A DNA stretch of 64,000 nt, from assembly GCA_951406725.2 (NCBI GenBank), contig OX597824.1, forward strand, positions 73,408,001 to 73,472,000, in the 5' to 3' direction. Source of the DNA: Octopus vulgaris (Eukaryota). Shown here one piece after another: positions 53,783 to 64,000 of this stretch. The notes under the pieces are model-generated. The model was not told the origin of the DNA and did no database searches. It was given only the letters and a program-made list of their open reading frames with translations. The position numbers and the translations under genes were made by a program. The first letter of the stretch is position 1. Every line of letters begins with the position of its first letter.

Positions 53783-54123
53783 CTTGAGACCCCCACCTTC
53801 AGTCATGACTGACCTTGGGATTGCACCTAGAAAGTTACCCTCCCAGGCACAAGTCTAGGCAAAGTTGTTTATGGAAGACCAGTAGTTGCCCAGGCATATC
53901 GGCCTCCCCTCTCCACACCACCAGTGTTATCCAAGGGAAAGGCAAAGGCCAATACAGCTTAGCACCTGTGGCGTCGCAACTCATTTCTACAGCTAAGTGA
54001 ACTGGAGCAACATGAAATAAAGTGTCTTGCTCAAGAACACAACATGCAGCCCGGTCTGGGATTCAAACTCACAACTCACGATTTTAAGCTCGACGCTCTA
54101 ACCACTGAGCCATGCGCCTTTAC
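53783..54123 (-). mobile_element. tRNA-derived CORE-like SINE (family E) nested in a TTAA MITE
   Basis: Head ggcgcatggctcagtggttagagcg; CORE-like ttgagcaagacacttta...gctgtagaaatgag; 11-bp TSD aagaataaata. Confidence 0.75.
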
Positions 54124-55087
54124 AAGAATAAATAATCACTACACTTAATGTCATCTGAATGCTAAAGGATTAAGAGCTGGAAAACATCCATCCACAATGC
54201 ATTGGCAAGGGTATTGGATTTGTAGGTTCATCAAGTCTCTATACCTAATGCTTTGAGGTGTTTAGTTGTAGTTCTTTGCATTCTGAGTTCAAATATCTTT
54301 GAGACCAGCTTTGTTGTTTATCCTTCTGGAATTGATAAAATCAAGTATAAGTGAAAACCCTGGGATTATTGTAATTGAAATCCTGCCCCACTGAATGGTG
54401 AAGCCTTGTGCATTTGTTATTATGAATTTTTGTTTCAGTTCTATTTTGAAAAGAATGTAGAACTTAGTAAAATCACTTTGTTCTTATTAAGCTGGTGTCT
54501 GAATGGTGGAAAGTTTTCATTTAGATCTGATTAAAACAGGAAGCTTCTGTCATAGAACCGGTTTTGGACAGGTTAGTATTAAAAGGGTTAATACATGCTG
54601 ATAAAAGCCATCGCTCATTTCCTTGGTCTCTAATTTTTTTCCTCTACTTCTGCCTCATGATCTTCTAACAAGAGCAACTATGAATGCATTGTCTGTCTAT
54701 CTATCTGTCTTTCTCTCTCACACATACACACTAAAACACTCTGACATGTACATATACTCTCTTCATACTGGCACACACATACACTCTCTCCCTCTCTCTA
54801 TTACTTACTCTTCTCTGCTAGACACAAGTCTCTCACCACTTCTCTTTCTTTGTGGAAAAGCTGAAGATCGTTTACTATTCCAACAGACCTCAACAGACAA
54901 GGGATTAGATTTGAAACAGTATTGTCCTGGAGTGAGGAAATGTACTTATTGTTGTTTAGTTCCAGGTCAGCACTGATATTGAGTTAACTTATGATCAAAG
55001 ACCATCCATATCTGTCAATCTGGCATCTATTCCAAACATAGTCTATCAAGGAGTGCATCATCAAATGTTTTCTTCCATTTTAAGACA

Positions 55088-55326
55088 TTCTTCTTCTTCT
55101 TAATCCTTTTTGCCCCTTCTTGAGCATAGGGCCTCAACAGTTGTTTTCCACTTTTTGTGATCATTGGCATGTTTCTTGGCTGCTTCCCATGTCAGGCCGG
55201 TGGTCCTGAGCTCATCCAAAATGCTCTGCTTCCATGTCTGCTTCGGGCATCCTCACTTCCTTTTCCCCTGTGGGTTCCAGTCAAGTGCTTGTCATGTCAC
55301 ATTTGAGGGTTCTTTCCACAGTGTTT
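55088..55326 (-). mobile_element. RTE-clade LINE 3' end with (AAG)n tail
   Basis: QALDWNPQGKRK*GCPKQTW...GLTWEAAKKHANDHKKWKTTVEALC. Confidence 0.8.
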
Positions 55327-55719
55327 GACGTAAGGTGTGCAATTTGAAGAAGATTTAGCTAATGTTCCTAGCAGGGTAAAGAACTAGCAGGGAAATTTAG
55401 AGATTTCTTTGTTAGCTTGGGAATTAAACCTTTTGATAGCAACCTGCATTAAACTAGACCTGGTTCCATGATACAAACTTCCTGCCTTGAAGTGATCTGT
55501 ATTAAAACTTTCCATCCCCATTTCATGTTAATTTGTGTTTGAATCATCAGTTAAATAATGATTTCAAATTTTGGCACAAGGCCAGCAATTTCAGTGAGTG
55601 GGTAAGTCAATTATATATGGGCCCCAGCATTCAATTATGTATGGACCCCAGTGTTCAATTATATATGAACCCACTTATTTTATCAATTATATATGTCCCC
55701 ACTCTTATTTTATCATTTA

Positions 55720-56108
55720 CTAGCAGTATCGCCTGGCATTGCTCGGGTTTGTTTCGACCCTTTAGAATTGGAATTTTTGAAAAGTAAAAATTTTGCATTA
55801 TGTAGCTTGTTTATCTTTAAGTGAACATTTTTCTGGTTGAAATACACCGAAAAATGGCAACACAGCAGTCAAAAAATCGTAAGAAATAGGGATTTTCATA
55901 GAAAAAAAACACCTTTTTGATGTAAATAATTTTTGGTCTTAACATGGTCCGATTTGAATTTTATCTTCTACGGAATGAAGAACAAGCTTTCTTCTATCAT
56001 ACTCTCAATTTTGGCCAACTTTCGCCGCAGGGTCTAGGAGGAGATAGTGTTAGTTGAAGGCTACCAAAACCTGCCACACACAGACAACTTCAGCTTTATA
56101 TATATAGA
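55720..56108 (-). mobile_element. Helitron H2
   Basis: Reverse copy with CTAG/hairpin end. Confidence 0.8.
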
Positions 56109-56759
56109 TAGATAGATATATTATGTCCCCACTCTTATTTTGTCAATTATATAAGTCTCCTACAAGTCAGTTATATATGGAGCCACTTATTTTATCGACC
56201 CTGAGAGGATGAAAGACAAAGTGAACCTCAGTGGAATTTGAACTCACAACGTAAAGATGAATGAAATGCTGCTCACCGTTTTGTCCAGGATGATAATGAT
56301 TCTGTCAGGTTGTTGCTTTACACCAGTTAAATAATAATGTGAAATGTGAAACCACATATGCCTACATTTACGCATACATGCAAAGGCATGCACTTTCCTA
56401 CACACACACGCTTGCACACACACACACACCACATGGTGAGCTTCCATGCAGCTACCATCTACAAATTGTACTCACAAGACATTGGCAAGTTGTTGCATAG
56501 CATGAAACGACGATGTGCATCTGTTGCTTGCTATAATGAATGTAAACATATATATTTATAATGATATGAATTTAGTATATTCTTAGAAATAAAACAAAAA
56601 TAACAGTATAATATTTAGTGGAGGCACATGAGTAGTGGTTAGGGTGTTAGCCTTCTGATCCTAAGATTGTGGTTTCAATTCCCGGATCAAACAATGCATT
56701 GTGTTTTTGAGCAAAAACATAGTGTTTTGAGTAAAAGTGATGGATGGAAAAGTCATTAA

Positions 56760-56817
<58 letters not shown>

Positions 56818-59800
56818 GAACACTTATGGGTGGCAGTAATTCCCTCAAATCACACTGTACCAAATTTAAGAAAGAACATGTGAGACAGTGTGATTCTGAG
56901 CTCCCTGTACATAAGAAAAGGATGGGATGGTCATGATTGGAACACTTTCGATTAAGGGTCTTCTTGATCAGAATTTGACCTGGGGTTAAATAACGACAAT
57001 TGTATTGGATGAAGATGAGTGATTGATCTTGATTTATGAAGAACAGCCTGCATCACACAGATTGGATATGGTATTTTATGACTTTTGCTTGACATTCCTA
57101 ATGTTATAATTATATAAATATAATAACTTTCTATGTTAACATTTTGTAATATAATCTTTAGAGGTTTCACTGACGATTGTGTTACAACAAAATTATTAAT
57201 TTGACTAAATTATTAATTGGAATGGTTTTGTTTCTCTTACTCGCTCATTCACTCAGGCTTCCACTTCATTAAATTTTCATGATTTTGCTAAGTGTAAATA
57301 TATCGCGATCGTTTTCTATACTACATATGATGTTTTTATTAAATAATTATTATTATTATTATTATTATTATTATTGTAGTTGTTATTGTAGTGGCATGGC
57401 CTGATTTGTGACGAGAAATCTTAATATATAAAAGTTAATGTATGTATGTATTTATGCGTGCATGAATAAATATAATGTACAGGCACAAGCATGGCTGTAT
57501 GGTAAGAAGCTTGCTTCCCAATGACATGGTTTCAGGTTCAGTTCCACTGTGTGTCACCTTGGGCAAGTATCTTCTGTTATTGCTCCCGGCTAAGGAGTTA
57601 CTCTTTAATCTTCTTACTTAATCTTCTAAGGGTAAATACCTAATCTTTCCCTGCTGTTTTTACAGATCTACTGCATTTGAGATTTACTTTATTGTTTGTA
57701 AAATACCAACACATTTAACGTCTCCAAAGCTATTATTGACAGTATACTGATGGTAATTGTTGTCAGAGGCTGTTTAGCTTAATGGCTAGAGCACTCAGCC
57801 TGTATCTGAGGAGTATGGGGTTCGAATCCCCATAGCCACCTACTGGCAACTTTTTTTCTGTCTTCTAAGGGTATTTCATAAAATTTTCATGGCTATTTTG
57901 CATTTGAAATTTACTTTTTTGTCTGTAATACCCACACTCTGACCTAGTGTAGTAACACCTGTCAGGTCCCAGTTATGAATTAAACAGCATGTAACCACCT
58001 GAGTCAGGGTATGTTGAAATCATGGGAGGCACAAGACTTACCTCACTTTAAAAAAAATAAGAAAAATACAGGAAAGGCAAAATTTATCTTGGCAGAATTT
58101 GAACTTAGAGTATATGGATTCAGAACAAATACTGCAGAGCATTGTATCCAATGTTTTAAAGACTCTACCAGCTTGCTGCCTAAATTCAAAATATTTCATT
58201 TTGTCACTGAGGCAGAACCAGTTTACTATTCAAAATGTGATCTTGTCATCTAGTTGAGCTCAGTTAGAATCTGCTTAACTCAATCACACCATCCATCATG
58301 ATTCTGCATATCATTCTGGGAGTCAGAAGGGCAATAGCATAATGTCCATGCTGAGCTGGTCGTTGAAGGTCTTTTTTGCTAATTGGCCGTAATCATCATC
58401 ATCATCACCATTGTCATTAAACATCCGTTTTCCATGCTGGCATGGGTTGGACAGTTTGACCAGAGTTGGCAAGCTAGATTCCAGTCTGATTTGGCATGCA
58501 CTAGATTCCAGTGCAGAGAGCTTCACTAGATTTCAGTCTGATTTGGCATGGTTTCAATTGTTGGATGTCCTTCCTAATGCCAACCACTTTACAGTGGTTA
58601 TATCGAATCAGTGAATGTCTATGTTGAGGTGTCCATTGGAGTGTATCACTAATGAGTCTTTGCTTAGCCCTCCATTAGTCCTGCAAAGTGCATGCAACAA
58701 TCTCTTTGCTTGAAGATTGTTATTCAGTCTTTGCTTAGGCTGATGCTTTTACCATAGAAATTTCAGAATAGTCTGTTACATACCTGTCTTCCAGTTACAA
58801 GCAAACTCTTTTGCAGTTTCTGATGAATTTAACAAAAGATTGTCTTTCAGTTTGATATGTTACATTTCATTATCAAGACATTCTGGTGAAACCACATCCA
58901 AAGAAATCAAGTTTATTTAGGGGATAAAATAACCCTACCAAATTTGACTCAGCTCCATTTTTATAAAGAGATGCAGAGTCACAGTGGGTGAAGTTGTGGT
59001 AATTTTTTTTATTCTTCCAATTTTGATGATTGGGTAACATGTTCTTTGGTGTCTACAAAATAGTACTATTTCAGCTGTGGTCTTGTTCTTTTGTTAAAGC
59101 TTCTCTTTGGGCTGTGGCTGAGTGACTGGTTCATTTCATTTTCTGGTGTGAAGAATGTGGAATTGGTTGTGTTCCTAAGTGACACAGGCACTGTGTGATT
59201 TTCAATGAGGTCAGCATTGACTGAGAAGCGGGGTAAGATTTTACCAAGGCAGTCTACAGCTTAACACTTATTATTACTCTTTTTCTGTTGAAATACATTT
59301 TATGTCAACTAATCTTGAAAATAATGAAGAATTTAGTAAAATAACTTTGTAATTAATTATTAAGCTAGTATTTGGCACACAAATTAAAATGAAATTTTGA
59401 TGAAGACTTTAACTTAGATCGCAAACAGGGAATTTGTATTAAAGAACCAAAGGTGGTCTCTCTCTAAAAATTATTACTTCTCTTTCTCTATATAGGGTCC
59501 CTGGAATGTAGCAAGGGATTAATTCCTTGCTCAAAGTGCCCTGTTTTATTACTCAGGCATCTAGTCCCAGAAAAACTGTTAGTACTGAAGAAAATGCTTT
59601 GTAAAATTTTTATTTCTGCCCGTTAAGTTCTGAGTTCAAATCCTGCTGAGGAACAATTTTATGTGCCATTCCTCCAAGGTTGATAAAATAAAGTACTAAT
59701 AAAATAAAGTACCAGTCAAATACTGGGGTCACTGTAGTTGACTAAATCCCCTCCCCACCAAATTGCTGGCCTTTGTATCTGAATCAGTAACAGTTATTGT

Positions 59801-59939
59801 TACCTCCTCCTGCTACTCTTTTTCTTGCATGTTTCTGTTGAATGTAACAGGGATTAACTCTTTCTTTAAAATGTCCCATTTAATTGTTGAGATTGCAGCA
59901 CTTGTATTCTCTTCTCTTTTACTTCTTTCTTTATTTTCT

Positions 59940-60400
59940 ACTGCTGCTAGCAGCAGCAGCAACAGTAGCAGCAGTACCACTGCCACTTTCACCACCACCA
60001 CTTTCACCACCACCACTTTCACCACCACCACCACACCACTACTTTCACCACCACCACCACCACCACCACTCCATCACCACCACCACCACACCATCACCAC
60101 CCTACTACCAATTAACAGTATTGCCGGCAGTAATACTACAAGAAGCACCACTACAACCACCATCACCTCTGCCACTGCCAACACTTACTAATAATAGCCC
60201 TACAAGTATCACCACTGCCGCCTTCACCACCACCACCACCACCACCACCACCATCACCACTACCACTGCCACCACCACAACAATTACCTCTACCATCAAT
60301 AACACCATGACTTGCAGTTGTAGTCTTGACTTCATTACCCCCCCCCCCCCCCCCACGGCACCGTTTTGTATGCTGATGGTAGTGGTGGTGGTGGTAGGAT
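59940..60400. repeat. (ACC)n-rich low-complexity tract
   Basis: Direct reading. Confidence 0.85.
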
Positions 60401-60869
60401 CCTCCCTCCTGTAGTTTTAAAAGAAAACTTTCTCCGTGTCTCTAGTGTCCTTCACAATGCACAGAGATACTACCGAGCACACATACACTAAAGAACATGC
60501 AGATTTACACTATAGAACACACACACACACACACACTATTCACAACATACATATTGTACAATAAATATACAATGTGTGTATATGTAGGGTTCTATGAGGT
60601 GCATTGTGCATATAATAGTGTAGTCTAGACTATTGTCTGGTGTATTTTGTATGTGTATTATAGTATAGTATCTGGTGTAGTCTGTGTGTTATAGTGTAGA
60701 GTGTGTGGTTGTGTGTATTGTATCAGGTCATCCCATAAGTTCTGTCCGATTTTACCTTTTTGTAAAATTTGAATGAAATTTAATAGTATTTTAGAATGTC
60801 TGATGGAATTAAAAATTAATTTTATGCATTTGTGTACATTTAAACTAATCAAATATTATTTTACAGAAT

Positions 60870-61310
60870 AATAAATGAGAGCTTTGTTAAGGATAGCGGA
60901 TATAGAAGTGTCGTAATTGTTGATATAAAATTGTAAGAATGAGGAAGTATTTTTGTTTTCAAGAAGGTGAAACTAGGTGATAAATTTAACTGTGCAGGAC
61001 TATAAATTGACGTATAATTTTTTTCTAACTATAGGTATTGTCTAGTATATTCTTACTGATTCATCATAAGTCCAATTTGGTAGGACAGATGAGCCTTATA
61101 GAGGATTTGGTTATGAAATCGTGGTCTTTAAGGTTGAAATGCAGAGCTTTTGGGTTGTAGGGCTCTGTGTGATTGTCTACTTCAAGTTTGTTCACCAGTT
61201 TACAGAGGCTGGTGTTAATGGTATCCAGGGCAGACGTCAGGGCTATCTTGTAGGACTTGTACAAGTCCTTCCTAATAGAGCCAATGTATTCCTCAATAAT
61301 AAGTGAATAT
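60870..61310 (-). mobile_element. Degenerate Penelope-like RT N-terminal fragment
   Basis: FNLKDHDFITKSSIRLICPTK resembles the PLE motif TLKDHK..F....RLINP.K. Confidence 0.65.
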
Positions 61311-61902
61311 ATATTTCTGTGTTCTTCTATCTACTATTTTATTCCTTGATAAACTGTGAATTCCCTTTCATACTCACCTTGTCCATGATGATGGAATTCC
61401 CAGTGTATGAAGATGCTAGCTTGGGATATTCCAGAAACAACTGTAAGATGTCCAATAATTAAATTAATTAACTAATCAAATAATTAATTACCTCAAATTC
61501 CCCTTACTCTAATCAAATATTCTAAATGACTTGAGATACTTGTCCTGCCTTGGTTTTTGTTGGCCTTTTTCCTCCAATATATATGTGTGTGTGTGTGTAT
61601 GTATGCATGTAAATATAAAAGAATGATATTATTCCTAAAGATAATAACGTTAGTGGCCGCGAGCGTAAAGGCCATATAGGTGAAATTAATAATTAAATAT
61701 ATATAAATATATTTACATTATATAATTAGGGTTCAGTAAAATAATTTACTTTACCACACACCGAACTTTTAGAAATAGCAGCCAAAAAATCTTAGCCATT
61801 TCTTCTACTATAAGAAAAATCTCCCAGACAATGCATACTCAAAAATAATTCACACAGGTTTAGAGGGAAAAATAACGAAAGATCACACGTACATAAGATT
61901 AC

Positions 61903-61964
61903 TTGAGAACGGCCGTTTCTGGATTAGTTGAATATAAAGATCAACATTTCCTTCATCAGCTCAA
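61903..61964 (-). ncRNA. Type-I hammerhead ribozyme motif with canonical core
   Basis: - strand: ttgag-CTGATGA-a-gga..gttga..tcaac..tcc-a-GAAAC-ggcc-GTT-ctcaa. Confidence 0.75.
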
Positions 61965-62359
61965 AGATTTCATTTGATTTGGATTTGAGAGCACTGAAAA
62001 TCGAACATACCTGTCTGATATGAGTAATCCCAGACAAACCATCTTCGACCGCTAGTACTAACGAATTCAAAAAGTACAAATGAGGCCTTGCATTCTTCCC
62101 CTTCCACCCATGTGAGTTATAGAGCAACACATTCCTACAGAGAGAACTGTAGTTTAATATCAGGGAGAGAGAATTATATTATCAATAATTATTGATAATA
62201 TAAATATATTTAGATATATTAGGGTACTACATAGGTTCCTGCTTCACTAAAGATAGAAGTCAAAATACTACTAAGCCACAGAATATTTCTATATATATAT
62301 ATATGTGTGTTTGTGTGTATACATACCCATGCCAGCATGATGATGATGATATATACATA

Positions 62360-62750
62360 TCTCTCTATATATAAAGCTGAAGTTGTCTGTGTATGGCAAG
62401 TTTGGTAGCCTTCAACTAACACTATCTCCTCCGAGACCCTGCGGCGTAAGTTGACCAAAATTGAGAGTATGATAGAAGAAGGCTTGCTCTTCCTTCCGTA
62501 GAAGAAAAAATTCAAATCAGGCCATGTTAACAGCAAAAATTATTTACATCAAAAAGATGCTTTTTTCTATGAAAATCCCTATTTCTTACGATTTTTTTAC
62601 TGCTGTGCCACCATTTTTCAGTGTATTTCAACCAGAAAAATGTTCACTTAAAGAGAATAACAAGCTACATAATGCAAAATTTTTACTTTTCAAAAATTCC
62701 AATTCTAAAGGGTTGAAGCAAACGTGAGCAATACCGGTTGATACTGCTAG
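62360..62750 (+). mobile_element. Helitron H2
   Basis: A|TC...CTAG|T; body matches 16327-16720. Confidence 0.8.
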
Positions 62751-62864
62751 TATATGTATATTTATATGCATACATACACACACACACACACACACACTGT
62801 ATGTAAACTTGTTAAAAGTACTTCTTGTTCCAAGAGAGAAATAATTGTGGTTTATAGTCAGTGG

Positions 62865-63990
62865 CAGCTGTCATCATCATCGTCTTGTTCATCATTCATA
62901 TTATCTTCATTGACATCATTATCTCCCTATCATCATTGTCATCATCATCATCATTACCATTAATATTGATCATTGTCATCATCAACTGGCTTCATTGTGA
63001 CTATCCTCCTCCTCCTTCACCTCCTCCTCCTCATCATCCTAATCATCGTTGTCATCATTGACAACAAAAACAACAACTAAACAGCAGCCAATCTGAAGAT
63101 ATTCAGAATTGTCATGATTGCTGTTATCATATATCTATCAACTGTTATCATCTTAATCATCATTACCATATTCATCATCATTATCACCATGTAAACATCA
63201 TCATCATCATCATCATCAGATAAACATTATTACATCCCTAATAAATGTTATCATCATAGCTCCCCATCCCCACCTTCATCCCTCTGCTAATTATCATGGT
63301 CATCTAGGTTAGCAGCAGCAACAGCAGTGTGTGTGTGTGTGTTGGAGGTTTGTGTTTGTGTCTAAGAAAACTCTATTTCTGGTATCATCATCATCATCGT
63401 TGTCCTCCTCCTCCTCCTCCTCTTCCATCATCATCATCATCATCACCATTTTCTTTGAGTCACAGTCATTATACACCTTAGCACTCACCACTGCCTCTAC
63501 CATCAGTGGTGGTTGTGGTGGTGGTGGTGGTGATAATTATGACAGTGATGCTGATGATGGTGATGGTATTAATTCTTGTGGTGGTTGGGGTGGTGATGAA
63601 CAGTGGCTGTGATGGTGATGGTGGTGGCAGTGGTGATGGTGGCGGCAGTGGTGCTGTGGATTGCTATTGTCGTGCTGATGGTAAAGATTTTTGTGATTAT
63701 GATGATGATTGTAGTAGTGATGGTGGTGGTGGTGGTGATTGCACTGCAGATAATGGTCGGTGGTAGTGGTGGCGATTATGTTGATGGTGATAATGATGTT
63801 GACGATGATGAAGGTAGTGGCGATTACTGACAGTTATGGTTCTGATTGTTGTGGTGTTGGTGATAGTAGTGATTGTAGAATTGGCGGGAGTTTGTGGTGA
63901 TGGTAGTGGTGCCAGTGGCAATTATGGCTGTGGTAGTGGTGGTGGTGGTGGTGGTAGTAGTAATAGTTATGACAGCTGTGATTATAATTC
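62865..63990. repeat. (CAT)/(GGT)/(GAT) low-complexity trinucleotide region
   Basis: Direct reading. Confidence 0.85.
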
Positions 63991-64000
63991 CTCATGTTAG

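Noticed and set aside
57166-57205. CTGACGA-ttgt/acaa hammerhead-like motif
   Set aside because: Needs an assumed G>A change in the GAAA box, and helices are AT-only; too weak.
57768-57840. Functional tRNA-Thr(TGT) gene
   Set aside because: Acceptor stem incomplete and anticodon loop non-canonical; more likely a SINE head.
59763-63921. Thr/Pro/His/Gly-rich ORFs (mucin-like)
   Set aside because: Derived from trinucleotide low-complexity tracts open in several frames on both strands.

Overview
AT-rich, repeat-saturated eukaryotic genomic DNA. The mix of tRNA-derived SINEs, RTE and CR1 LINE remnants and long (TA)n tracts points to an octopus (coleoid cephalopod); this is inferred from repeat style, not from a database search. 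One host gene is recognisable: the first coding exon of protein kinase D (about 5833-5967, + strand, ending at a GTGAGT donor), with a CpG-rich promoter-like region upstream. No second exon was recognised, so the remaining ~58 kb is probably intron 1. That intron holds at least four tRNA-SINE families, RTE/CR1/Penelope-like remnants, non-autonomous Helitrons, mariner/piggyBac/hAT-type MITEs and microsatellites. Almost all ORFs in the supplied track are microsatellite or SINE artefacts. The most interesting signals are: (i) many minimal type-I hammerhead ribozyme motifs with palindromic helix III (Penelope-type), including one fused downstream of a tRNA/Pol III head in an element with Penelope-style inverted-arm architecture (53054-53524), a candidate Penelope-mobilised ribozyme SINE; (ii) a retroposed, A-tailed 28S rRNA fragment (sarcin-ricin loop) inside a SINE head; (iii) many fold-back palindromes; (iv) a shared LINE/SINE 3' tail and an empty/filled site pair.
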